Origin: Asterias rubens
Lineage: Eukaryota
Assembly (NCBI RefSeq): GCF_902459465.1
Contig: NC_047074.1
Coordinates: 3,906,001-3,970,000 of the forward strand
Length of the DNA stretch: 64,000 nt
Direction: 5' to 3'
Of the stretch, positions 12,658-64,000 are shown piece after piece. Both the position numbers and the translations under genes were made by a program. The notes beneath the pieces were generated by a model. It was not told where the DNA came from. It worked only from the letters and a program-made list of their open reading frames with translations, and searched no databases. Positions within the stretch are counted from its first letter, which is position 1; each line of letters begins with the position of its first letter.

Positions 12658-12980
12658 AGGCACTGGGCACGTTTGTTAATTGTCACAGACCAGGGCCCAA
12701 TTTCATAGAGCTGCTAAGCACAAAAAATTGCTTAGCAGGAAATTTCTTCCTTGATAAAAACAGGGTTACCAACAAAATTTCCATTTGTTGCATATTTCTT
12801 GTTACTGGTATTCAGCTGCTGTTTGCTTATCTTGAAAATCACGTGAAAATTTGGTTGGTAATCCTGTTTTTATCAAGGAAGAAATTTCATGCTAAGCATA
12901 TTTTTGTGCTTAGCAGCCTTATGAAATTGGGCCAAGTATTCACACTTAGTGTATCTCAACATATGCATAAAATAACAGAT
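12658..12980. mobile_element. Partial family-A MITE with family-F MITE (12693-12933) nested at a CAG site
   Basis: TTAA|aggcactgggcac...gtcacagacCAG[F]aagtattcacacttagtgtatctcaacatatgcataaaataac continues the family-A consensus across the insertion. Confidence 0.8.
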
Positions 12981-13132
12981 TATGATGTTGAATTTGCATC
13001 GGGGATAAAGAATGATAATTTCGGTTTAACCCTTTCACCGATGTATGTTAGTACTGTATACTCTTCCCAAGTACTTTCCCAAGTCATGTGGAAAAAATCA
13101 TTTTCATAACTCGGGTGTGATGTCGGATATAG

Positions 13133-13548
13133 AATAATAATAATAATAATATCGAAGTCTTATATAGCGCACGTATCTACCAAACGAGGTACTCAAGGCG
13201 CTGAGTATATACAAACTTACAGAAAGATAGGTAATTGCAGTGATGAATTCTGAGACCCAATTATTTAGCACCTTATAAGGGTTTACAAGGTGCTACGGCG
13301 CATTAAGCAGCCACAACCAGGAACACCGGGGCGAACCCCTTCTCTTTTCGATAAGTGCACTGGGTTCTTTTACATGCGTTACACAACACATGGGACCAGC
13401 GGCTTTACGTCCCATCCGAAGGACGAAGCAATGGTTAAGTGTCTTGCTCAAGGACACAGTGTCACGGCTGGGGATTCGAACCCACACTCTGCTGATCAGA
13501 AACACCAGAGTATTGAATTCGGTGCTCTTAACCGCTCGGCCACGACAC
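13133..13548 (-). mobile_element. Full-length tRNA-derived SINE with (ATT)n tail
   Basis: The minus strand reads GTGTCGTGGCCGAGCGGTTAAG (A box)...GGGTTCGAATCC (B box)...GTGTCCTTGAGCAAGACACTTAACC core...GTGCGCTATATAAGACTTCGATATTATTATTATTATTATT. Confidence 0.88.
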
Positions 13549-13739
13549 TTCCAATACAACTTCTGCAGAATACAACTTCTGCAGAATGTTATCAACTGTT
13601 AATCCCACTTAGTCATTCGGTTCCTTTAGTTTTGAGACGAAGTGAAAAAAAAAACACGAACCAGACGCATGGACTACAGACTTTATATCAGACCTGAACA
13701 CCCACAAAGTATATCAATTCAATGAAAAAGCTAATTTAA

Positions 13740-14119
13740 AGGAACTTTACAGAATTGGGAAAAGAAAAAAATCGTCTAAAATCACAGATTAACATCAAAC
13801 TTACACGGTTTAATGATGATAGTAGAAAACATCCCTTGAAAAATTTCTGACTGAAATGTCATAATATTTTATGATAAATAAATAAACCTAATTTCCCGTT
13901 TGTCTAAGTTTATATTTCTAAGTTTATCGCTAAGTGAGTGTTTTATTAATTTGTTTAAATCGATGTCACGCAAAATGTGTAATCGTTTTTTTCAATACTT
14001 TCTCGTGACCCAGATGGCCGATCGATATCCAACTTCACAGGTTTGTCAGTTTATGTATGTTGGTGCTTACACTGCCAGCAACTGTTTTGTTAGCAAAAAA
14101 ACAGGTGTGTAATGTTCCT
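13740..14119. mobile_element. TTAA MITE related to families B and C
   Basis: TTAA|AGGAACTTTACA...TGTAATGTTCCT. Shares cacagatt(t/a)aca..aaacttacac and cacaggtttgtcagtttatg interiors with the other TTAA MITEs. Confidence 0.7.
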
Positions 14120-14688
14120 TAGCCTAACGCGTAATTTTAACAAAATTACCCTCTTTGTATTAACATATTGTTTTTTATTTAATTCACTTTATTTTATTTT
14201 AATAGAGTGATATATATTTACAGGTATAGTTGATTAAGCTGTGCAAAATAGTGTCCATGCTTGGGTTGTGTGACCAACAACTAGGAATAACATTACTTCA
14301 TAAACACTAAGCTTTTCATCGGACCCTAAGATTAAACAATGGTTTTGTTCTATCCTCACCAATCCGGTATAACACTTTAATTCGTATTTATACATTAATT
14401 GAGAGACTTTTCTTGGAGTATGTAAATTTCATGTATATATGTTTTTATCGGGACACAATGTGAACACTACACCTTTAACCTCTTGATCATTGCGGGACAT
14501 ATCAAAATAGATGAGTAAATAAAGTCCACCAGATAACCACCCACCGTAAGTTGACTTAATAAACAACCAAAGGCAGGCTATATAGATTTGTACTCCAGAA
14601 CGCAGCACTGAGTCGGTTTCCGATCACCACAGCTAAAAGTCAACTCGTCCCGATCGAAGCCAAGCCAACCTGCCGTTAATATTGAACC

Positions 14689-32521
<17,833 letters not shown>

Positions 32522-32601
32522 AGACTCAAAGTGTATTAAAGAAGTTAAACATTAAGAATACCAATTTATTAAGTTTGCATCTGTTCATTAACGACACTAT
32601 A

Positions 32602-32853
32602 GGGTGCGTTCGATTAGCTTCCCTGGGTCTACCTCGCGGTGCTCACTCGGGTGAGCCCCTACAAAGAGCTAAACGAACGACCACTCACCGCTCTCGTAGT
32701 GACGTCGTTTACCTGGGGACAGCCCCCAAGGGACCCACTCCACCAGCAGGGCACTAGGGCTGACCTGGGTGAGCCCCTGGAATGACGTCAAAAGCTATAC
32801 GAACGCACCGGGGCAGACCAGGGATAACCCAGGGAAGATAAACGAACGCACCC
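32602..32853. mobile_element. Family-D MITE 80 nt downstream of the gene 1 stop
   Basis: gggtgcgttcgattagcttccctggg...cccagggaagataaacgaacgcaccc. Confidence 0.88.
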
Positions 32854-33621
32854 ATAGATACAGCTAGATGCATCACTCAACTACGTCATGCAGTGACGTC
32901 CGTGTCACATGACCAATAACACTCCTTGAGTAGTATACAGTATTATGTTGTCATTATTATGTTGCGCACCCAACTAAAGATATTACCCAAACATTCTCTG
33001 TCATCATTGGTACCCATTTACTCATGGGCGAAAAGAAGCAATTATAGTTAAGTTTTTACTCAAAGACAGAACATTTCTTGAAAATGACCAACATTTGTAT
33101 CCACGCTGACTTGGCCAAGAGAATTCGAGTATGGTGCAATAGACTTGGCCACAATAAGCCACATTTTATCAATTTCATTTTTTAATAGACTTAAGAGATA
33201 AATAAATGTTAATAAAAGTGGGTTTAATGTGTTTAGTTCTAACAACTATCCAGGTGCCAGTTTAATTTGTTGTTGAGTTAAATTTTGGTATTGCTACTGT
33301 TTCCTGCAACCCGTGCTTCTTCTTACAATCAAATACGAGTCCAAAATTTACAAAACTTTGCTCGTTACTTTTTTTGCATATTATACTAAAATTTAGCGCA
33401 TTTCAATTTAAAAGGCGGACACAATGTTATAACCTAAATTGGGACACATTGCATCGCTTTTTTACCTTTTATACTGCAATCAAGTTGTATAAAGTAACAT
33501 TTTATTGTAAGTGTGAAATGTTTTTGTCTACTTCACATTTTCTGGCTTAGATTGGTTAAACATGGTGCCCTATTACAGGATAAGGACAATCACTGGTCTT
33601 GTCTATGGCCCAATAATTTAA

Positions 33622-34002
33622 AGACACTGGACAGTCACTATTGGTAATTGTCAAAGACCAGTCTTCTCACTTGCTGTATCTCAACATATGCACAAAATAA
33701 CAAACCTGTGAAAATTTGAACTCAATCGGTCGTTGAAGTTGCGAGATAGTAATGACAGAAAAAAACACCCTTGTCACAGAGTTGTGTGCTTTCAGATGCT
33801 TGATTTCGAGACCTCACATTCTAAATCTGAGGTCTCGAAATCAAATTCGTGGAAAATTACTTCTTTCTCAAAAACTACGTCACTTCAGAGGGAGCCGTTT
33901 CTCACAATGTTTTATACTATCAACCTCTCCCCATCACTCGTTACCAAGTAAGGTTTTATGCTGATAATTATCTTGAGTAATAACCAATAGTGTCCACTGC
34001 GA
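33622..34002. mobile_element. Family-A MITE in the spacer between the two GH31 genes
   Basis: TTAA|agacactggac(agt)cactattggtaatt...accaatagtgtccactgcga|TTAA. Confidence 0.85.
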
Positions 34003-35515
34003 TTAAGTTGATGTAATTATTTCATTTGATAAACGTTGCTTTAATTCCATATCTGTGTTTATGATTAGACTTGTTCGCAAAATACTCGTTACGTGCGCGT
34101 TAGGTGTGGAATGAGGTGCATGCTGGTCTAGCTAGCGATCAAGTTATGCTAGCTAGACCAGCATGCACCTCATTCAACAGTTAGCGCTTGCGCAATGGGT
34201 ATTTGCGCAAAGGTCTATGGTCAGAGGTGATGTAGTATGTCAACTTGCACTTTGCATCGTCTGCATGCAGTGTATGCATAATGTTTGTTCGTCACATTGT
34301 GTTGTTTTTTTCACCACGTATTATGTGGCTGCAAAATGTGTGTCAATTGTCTGCTGAGAGATTGTGCATCTGAAATCATCCGGTCTGATTATTTTAGACA
34401 AGTTATAGGCCAAAGAGTTGTATAGTAACCACCGTTGGTAGCGCCCTTTCGGTGGCTCCCTCCTTTTGTCTCAAACAGATTTTCACTGCAACAATAAATT
34501 AAATAAGTTTAAATTGGAGGACGTGATACGCATTGAGAAATTTTGGGGGGGGACGCGAGAATAAGAATTTCTGTGCCTATCGTAAGATGCTAAACACATC
34601 TTCCCTGAAACGAAGTACTTTTGGTTAACTGTGTTTTTTTATCAACACAACGTAAATACAACGCGCAACCAATTTTTCAATGCATGTGTCGATGTACCTT
34701 TGTTAACTATCCCTGTATAGTCCCGGCCCCAAAATAATGTTTTCTTAAAAAAAGCTTACAGATCACCCACTGTTCTCAAAAACTCCTGTACACTCTAAAG
34801 CTCTGTTCCAACAGTCAATGATGTAGCCTAATCCTTTACTTAACTTTCTACAATAAACAATAAGTGCTTACACCTGTGCCTGTTTACCCACAAACGGTTA
34901 TGTATCAAAGAATGTTTTAGTTTTTTGGTATAAATCTAATTTCAATCATTCATACACGATACTAATATAATAGGTGTACTGCGCTAGACAGTGGCGAGCA
35001 CAAGATCTAACAGACGAAAACAAACAAACATCAACACCTAACAAAAATATGCCCCACGCTAAATGTGTAAATGATTAACTAATCCGTGCATTCTTACCTT
35101 ACTGAATCACTACACGGTTTAGCGTTATATCAATAGTCAGCCCTACGGCAGTGAATGGTACTGCCTAGCCCATAAATACGTGCACTTTGGACTGTCGAGT
35201 TACCAATTAATGAAAAATATAAAAGAGTTATCTCACATCTGCAAAATAACCGCCATAGGTGGCAGCCATTTTGAAAATATCACCATAGCTCAAAATGTTG
35301 CACCTAAGTTTGAGTTTGGAATGAACAACTACAACTAGACACATAATAAGTTAAACTGCTCCAAACGAGGATAGGCTATATTAATAAGTACGCTTAGAAC
35401 ACGGTAAGGAACGCTGTAATTTTGGAGTAAAAATCGGTGGAGGAAAGAGGTTTTTGTGTGTATGTGATTGGACGCACCCTTTCTGTTGAACCGAGGAGAC
35501 GACCATACAGCAGAT

Positions 35516-57858
<22,343 letters not shown>

Positions 57859-60324
57859 AACCAGTCTTCCCTTCAATAAGACCTTTCTCATGATGCAGCC
57901 ATCTTGATTTTTTCACATTTAAATCAATGTAACCAAGCCGAGGCTGGAAGGGGAGAAATAGTCTGGTTCTTTTTTGTACAAAGCATATTAGCCATAATAC
58001 TGTTATTGGATACAAGGAACATGACCAAGATGGTGTCAGCGTGATAAAGTTCTATAACATTCAGCTTGCTTGTTTGTATATCAATCTCATCGTGTGTGTG
58101 TTACTGGGCCTGTGGAAATGCTGCCACGTCCATGCTTTGGATAACGGTCAACGCAGTTTTAGTTTCAAGATGTACGTTTTCTTTAGAAGTGGTAAAACAT
58201 TCTAATAATTATACCATACCCAATATGGGGTTAGAAGGTACCCCCCCCCCTCCCATATACTTTAACACACTATGTTCTTCTTGTACAGAAGTATACCCCC
58301 TAAAATGCCAAAGAATTCATGTGATTCTAAACACACAATGAAGAAAAAGAAGCGTACAACCATAGTCCTAAATGTGACTCTTCCTCTGTGGTATAATATC
58401 AAAGTGAAGGCCACCAGGGCTACCCCATGTCCCATATTGAGCACCAAATGTTTGAAAAGGAAAGGAGAGCAACAAAAATGATAAAATAGTTCTACAAAGA
58501 ACTCGGCTTTTTCGAGCTTGATTTCTTTCCCACAAACAAAATAGTTGCAGTTATTCACAATATGGCGTGGGGTGGGTTTCACACAGAGTTAAGAGTTAGA
58601 ATGACTTACTCGTCCTAACTTAGGACACACCATACGTTTTTTATATCTCCTACGACTAGTTATAAGTTAGGACTAGTCCTATCTCTTTGTGAAATCGACC
58701 CTGTTCACTTTGTGACTAACTTTACTACAAGTTGTCATACTATAAGCCATGCAGTATGGCTAACTTTTTGAGAACTGATTGTAAATTTTGTTTGTACTGT
58801 CAATGTTTGATTTCCTTCATTTCTTTTGATATTGTTTTATTTTAACATGGTAGGCTTAAATTTAGAAATCAATATTAACCCTGCATTACTGGACATTCTT
58901 TATGCTAATTTCTCAAGAGGGAAAAAGTACTGCATTTGTTTACTGTATTCATTTTCTTTTGGAATTTGTATGTTTTACTTGCTTGTGTTATAATCTCATA
59001 GCGCTTTTAAGCTGCCTTTTTTACTAAACATGACAAAACACTGAACTGTGAACATGTTTGTTGTATATTTTAGCATAGGCTTTTTCATGTAGAGATGTCA
59101 ATATTGATAAATGGATTTTGACAATTCTTTTGAGTCCATTTTTATTAAGGATAGCCTGACATTTTTTTCTTTACTGAAGCATAAGTTAGAAGGCTGGTTT
59201 TTGTCAATATTTTATTATGTTTTTTTTATTAGGCCTGTCCTAATTTTTCATGCTAATTACACAATGCTCTTGTACAGACGACATAGAGTTTGTGCACTAG
59301 GTAGTAGACGCACAAATGCGTATTCATCAATAGGCCTGGGCAACTAATGAAATTAATTACTTGACTAGTCGCGCCTTATAGTCGCGACTTTGACACTATG
59401 TGCGACTACTTTTTAATACCCAAGATACATTGCGGCATATTGTTTGCCGCAGGCGCAGTCTAGTAAAAATCACGCTGAATGGATTGAAGGATTGTGTCAC
59501 TGATGCCTGATTGTGTTTCGTAAGTAATTATGTTGTCGTAAATAGTCGTGTGTGACACAAATGGTTCACCAAACAGCAGAGAGTCGCGACTATGTAGTAG
59601 TCATGGCGGCACGGTTAATCGAGTAGTTAAAAACGGTAGTTGCAACTCGACTAAGAAATCAATAGTTGCGACTTTGACACTAGTCACACTCGTCAGCCAG
59701 GCTTATACATTACACCACCATCAGCCCCAGCTAGCAGCCTTGCTCTATGCATGACTAGATACATGTAACTACTAAAGTAGTTTTGATACGCTGTTGGCAT
59801 AACCCTAGTTTAAATGAAATGTCCACAACATACAATGTTTCAAATTAACAATTAACACAAAAATGGCAATGAAGATACCTGCAAAATATAATTTAATAAT
59901 CTGACCGTATAATTATTCCATTACTTTAAACTGTACATCACGCTACAATCCAACTACTATAATACTACACTATGGTAGTTGAATACTCATGGTGGCACGA
60001 TTCCTCTTGTTTAGAGAAAACTAATGCGGATACTTTTAGCAGCTTGTTTCGAGTTAAGTAAGTGTAGTGTCTTTTTATATCTTTACGTTGAATCAACTGA
60101 TCTACATTGAAATCAAAACCCTGTATATAGCAGTTTGTATCATTGTACTTGGGGAAAAAGCAGGTGACTTTTAACTGTAAATTGTATACATTCTGAAATT
60201 GGCAAACATGTTAATGACTTTTGATGAATAAACCTATTGTGATGATTTGTAAATTTTAATCAACAGTGATGTTTTAAATTGATTGCATTAAACAACTTAG
60301 AATATTGCTATTAGTTGGCCATGG

Positions 60325-60509
60325 ACAGGATGCCAGTCCATTGTATGTTACTCCCGAGCTCTCGCCGGTACCCATTTGTACTCCTGAGTGGAAAGAAGCA
60401 ATTATGATAAAGTGCCTTGCTTAAGGACACAAGTGTCGCCACTGACAAGTGCCAAGTTTCTAACCCACGTTCTATAAATAACAGATTTTTAGTCCACCGC
60501 TCGGCCACG
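60325..60509 (-). mobile_element. tRNA-derived SINE fragment
   Basis: The minus strand starts tcgtggccgagcgg (A box) and contains the gtgtccttaagcaaggcactt core. Confidence 0.65.
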
Positions 60510-61052
60510 AAATCCCCAAAAAATCTGATCGTACCACTATTAGAACCCTCTAGCTATGCACCACATGTATACGTGTAATACTTGTATAAGATTGCTTAAA
60601 AAATAATATACAAGAATAAGAGATTGAAACATGACCTATAAGCCGGTTAGGTACCGGTAATAATTGTCAGATATACCATGTTTGACGCTGTCTGAAATTG
60701 TTACAAACTCCACAAGTTGGTCTGACTCAAGAATCCAACTCCTAAAACACAAACACATGAATTTACCAAATTTCATTACCCTTTTAGAATTTACACTGAT
60801 ATCAAATAATAAACCACAAGGAAAACTGACTGGGTAAGTGTTAAATGTTTTTGGGTTGAACAAAGATAAGTTGACACCAGCAGGATCAGAGAGCCATTCA
60901 GTTATATGGCTTCTAACTGTCATCCCAACCCCCTACCCCCTCCCCACCCCCAAACAAAGACAGTGACAAAATGTGGAGACTGCCGACATAGGCTACATGT
61001 AGATACATGTAAATCCCGCTCCACTAGATTTGTCTTTGTTCAACTCTAAATA

Positions 61053-61228
61053 AGGGAATCGATGTGTGTTGAATCAGTTTTCAACTAGTGGTTTAATCCC
61101 AACGAGGCCTGGTTCTTGATAATTTGCCGTTGCTCTCGACCAATATCAAGAACCAGGCCTCGGTGGTTTTAAACCACTTGTTGAAAACTGATTCAACACA
61201 CTTTGATTCCCATTCATAAACACCTTAA
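61053..61228. repeat. Foldback element (~138-bp near-perfect hairpin core 61064-61201)
   Basis: gtgtgttgaatcagttttcaac...aggcctggttcttgat / atcaagaaccaggcct...gttgaaaactgattcaacacac. Confidence 0.85.
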
Positions 61229-61390
61229 ATACCTCGACCAATAGGAATGAAGAAACTGTGTTATAAGAACAGGTGCAAGGTCGCGTGTCACACCCATGAA
61301 TTAACACTTTTTACCGGTCAAAAGAAAGGTTTATACACACCCACGTGACGCGCTCTCCACCAATAGGAATAGCGAAACTGTCTGAGGTAT
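61229..61390. mobile_element. Small TTAA-flanked MITE
   Basis: TTAA|ATACCTC...GAGGTAT|TTAA; contains two ccaataggaat blocks. Confidence 0.65.
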
Positions 61391-62128
61391 TTAAATGAAT
61401 TAGAATTCATACTGAATACAGAAACTGAAAAAGAATACAGTTGTGGTAGCACTTGCAAAGGTGAGGCAATGTATCGAAGGTGTATACTGCACTATATAGT
61501 ACATGACACATTGCTCAGCTCGAATACTCAATACAATTACTTGTACATTGTATGCATGTAATACAAGTATTGCACGCATTTTGGGTGCATTGTCACAGTA
61601 TAACGCCCAGGTGAAATCTGCCTTTTCCATTTCACGAAGTGAAGTTGAGTGAAATGTTTAATGCATGCAATAGTTGTTTTTAATAACCCATACATACATG
61701 TAGATCCATGTCACTTGGAGACTGTTCACAATAAATACAACAATTCTGTGTCTATTTAATAGACAAAGAAACTCCTACACCCCATATAATATACATGTAT
61801 AAGAAAAACATACTTAAAAGACAACATGTTGACACCTAAAATGTCTGGCACTATAATGGCAAAAAAATGGCTGATATGTGACGGGTGCTCCACCCAAACG
61901 ACATAAGACTAACACTATTTCAATAGGGACACAACTAGACACAACTCCGAAAACAGTTCAGTAGATCTCAACATTGCATGCTGTGTAGTTTAGTACTTTG
62001 TAAAATTGTGAAAAACAAGTAAAGTCTCTTCTGGGCCAACATGGCTCATGAGGACCGTGATTTCTATCCGGTTTCCTATTCATTAAATTACTGTGGATAT
62101 TTCCATTCCCCTATTGCAGGTAGCTCCC

Positions 62129-62306
62129 TAGTCTTGGCCCAAGACGTCAGTAATCGATAGTTGACAGTGTACTGCGCTCTCGGGTGTACATATATCGCCC
62201 TCCTACGGCATGATTTAACCAACTTGACTGGTTAGTGCAATCCAGTTTTACAACCAATCACAGTACACTATCCACTAAAAATCATTGACGTCTTGAGCCA
62301 AGACTA
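62129..62306. mobile_element. MITE with TAGTCTTGG(C/-)CAAGACGTCA TIRs
   Basis: tagtcttggcccaagacgtca...tgacgtcttgagccaagacta. Confidence 0.7.
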
Positions 62307-63259
62307 GCTGCTCCCAAGAGCTCTCACACCAATACCAACTTGTACTCCTGGGTGGAGAGAAGCAGTCATGTTAATGCCAGGATTCGAACCTCTAGCTGTA
62401 AATTACAGAATCTAAGTCCACTGCAACAAACACTCTACATAAAACTGTTCAAAACCTGATTTAAAAAAAAAATCAACTAAGCAAAGCAGTACAAAAGTTT
62501 TTAATTTGTTAGGCTATTTCGTTGTTTCGTTGGATAGTTATAAGATATGAAGTATTTATGTGAAATGTTGTGATTCAAGAATAATATAAAAATAATAAAA
62601 ATTACTCTTTTCCTTCACCGATCTATTTACAAAATGGTAATATTATGTGCAAAAACATTACAGTGAGTACTTTATGGAAATATTTCAATGCACCAATCAA
62701 GAGACAAACATTTAAAAAAAAAAATACATCAAAATAGTAGTAGAGTTAGTACATGTAGCTACATGCTACATGCTTCTCAAAAAAAAATCACTTCTAAAAA
62801 AATGTCACAAAATAAAAAAGTATTTTATTATTATTTTTTTTACATCTATTTGATGTAACTACATGTATAAGTGCATGTAAATGTACATTTGTACATTACA
62901 CTGTGAAGTAAGGTTTAAGGTAGCACCACGTGTACATCTCTTCTGAGTAGTGTTGGTTGTGAAACATGTGAAAAGAACCGGTGGTTGCCAACTCAACATT
63001 TCGATCAGTATGTTTTGATCGTCTCCACCATGCAAAGTTTCAAATCCTACTGCATCCATCTTAATATAATCTACATAACTTTTGAGTACTGAGAAATTAG
63101 ATTTCATATCATTCATATATTTCATATATACATTTCATATAATTATGATTATATGATTATGCTATTATTGCCTTTGTAACTTCCTGACTTAACATAGAAA
63201 CCTCTTTTCTCTATGGTCTGCTTGATAATCATGTTAACTGCTTGTCTCTCCTTCAAAAC

Positions 63260-64000
63260 ACTGCAGCTAGATTTGTAGACTGGTCCCCAGTCTTTATCCA
63301 TAAGTATTAAGACAGGCACTGGTCTTACAGAACCAATTATTTCATTGGATACAATGATTTCATTAGATAAACCTGCAGTGATGTGTTATGATCTGTGCTA
63401 TGATACTGCAGCTAGATTTGTAGACTGGTCCCCAGTTTTTATCCACAAGAATCAAGACAGGCACCTGTATTACAGGTACAATGATTTCATTGGAAACAAT
63501 GATTTCATTCAATAAACCTGCAGTGATGTAACCTTTCCATATCTGTGTTTGATACTGCAGCTAGATTTGTAGACTGGTCCCCAGTCTTTATCCACAAGAA
63601 TCAAGACAGGCACCTGTATTACAGGTACAATGATTTCATTGGATACAATGATTTCATTGGATAAACCAGCAGTGATGTAAGCTTTCCGTATCTGTGTTTG
63701 ATACTGCAGCTAGATTTGTAGACTGGTCCCCTGTCTTTATCCACAAGGATTAAGACAGGCTCTGGTCTTACAGACCCAATGATTTCATTGGATACAATGA
63801 TTTCATTGGATACAATGATTTCATTAGATAAACCTGCAGTGATGTGTTATGATCTGTGCTATGATACTGCAGCTAGATTTGTAGACTGGTCCCCAGTCTT
63901 TATCCACAAGAATCAAGACAGGCACCTGTATTACAGGTACAATGATTTCATTGGATACAATGATTTCATTGGATAAACCTGCAGTGATGTAAGCTTTCCG
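63260..64000. repeat. Tandem satellite, 145-163 bp monomers with A-B-B higher-order structure, runs off the window
   Basis: actgcagctagatttgtagactggtcccc starts at 63260, 63405, 63554, 63703 and 63866. Confidence 0.95.

Noticed and set aside
12618-13109. 163-aa ORF, the longest gap-free ORF in the track
   Set aside because: It runs across a mosaic of three repeats (family-A MITE, nested family-F MITE, family-J SINE) with no protein-like motifs.
13470-13548. tRNA genes at 13470-13548(-) and 42928-42999(+)
   Set aside because: A and B boxes are present, but the acceptor/anticodon stems are incomplete and each is fused to a multi-copy repeat body: these are SINE heads.
14579-14585. TATA-like TATATAG ~105 nt upstream of the gene 1 ATG, and ATTGG at 35467 upstream of gene 2
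   Set aside because: Such short motifs are expected by chance in AT-rich DNA, and without TSS data (non-coding first exons are possible) they cannot be supported.
63260-64000. CRISPR array or repeat-encoded protein
   Set aside because: The context is eukaryotic, the inter-repeat sequences are homologous rather than unique spacers, and no frame stays open across units.

Overview
AT-rich, intron-rich eukaryotic (metazoan) DNA. An invertebrate, possibly an echinoderm, is my guess from repeat and gene style; it is not shown by the sequence. The ORF track is largely uninformative because the real genes are split into short exons, which I spliced by hand at GT/AG boundaries. There are three genes on the + strand. 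(1) The last 10 coding exons of a PINCH/LIMS LIM-domain adaptor (49-8927, 5' part outside the window). (2) A complete 23-exon, 921-aa GH31 alpha-glucosidase with an N-terminal membrane anchor and trefoil domain (14689-32521), with all catalytic motifs intact ([25 protein letters not shown]). (3) A tandem 23-exon, 952-aa paralog (35516-57858) with an unbroken reading frame and conserved fold motifs, but with both catalytic aspartates replaced (nucleophile D->T, acid/base D->R) and most sugar-binding pocket residues remodelled. Gene 3 therefore looks like a maintained GH31 pseudoenzyme sitting next to an active enzyme; this pair is the best candidate for an undescribed system. Introns and intergenic DNA are packed with non-autonomous DNA transposons (TTAA-flanked Kolobok/T2-like MITEs, CWG-flanked palindromic MITEs, several nested), tRNA-derived SINEs and one RTE-LINE 3' fragment. 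Also present: duplicated exon/donor junctions, a GC-AG intron, a 464-N assembly gap next to a triplet-rich minisatellite, and a higher-order ~147-bp satellite at the right edge.
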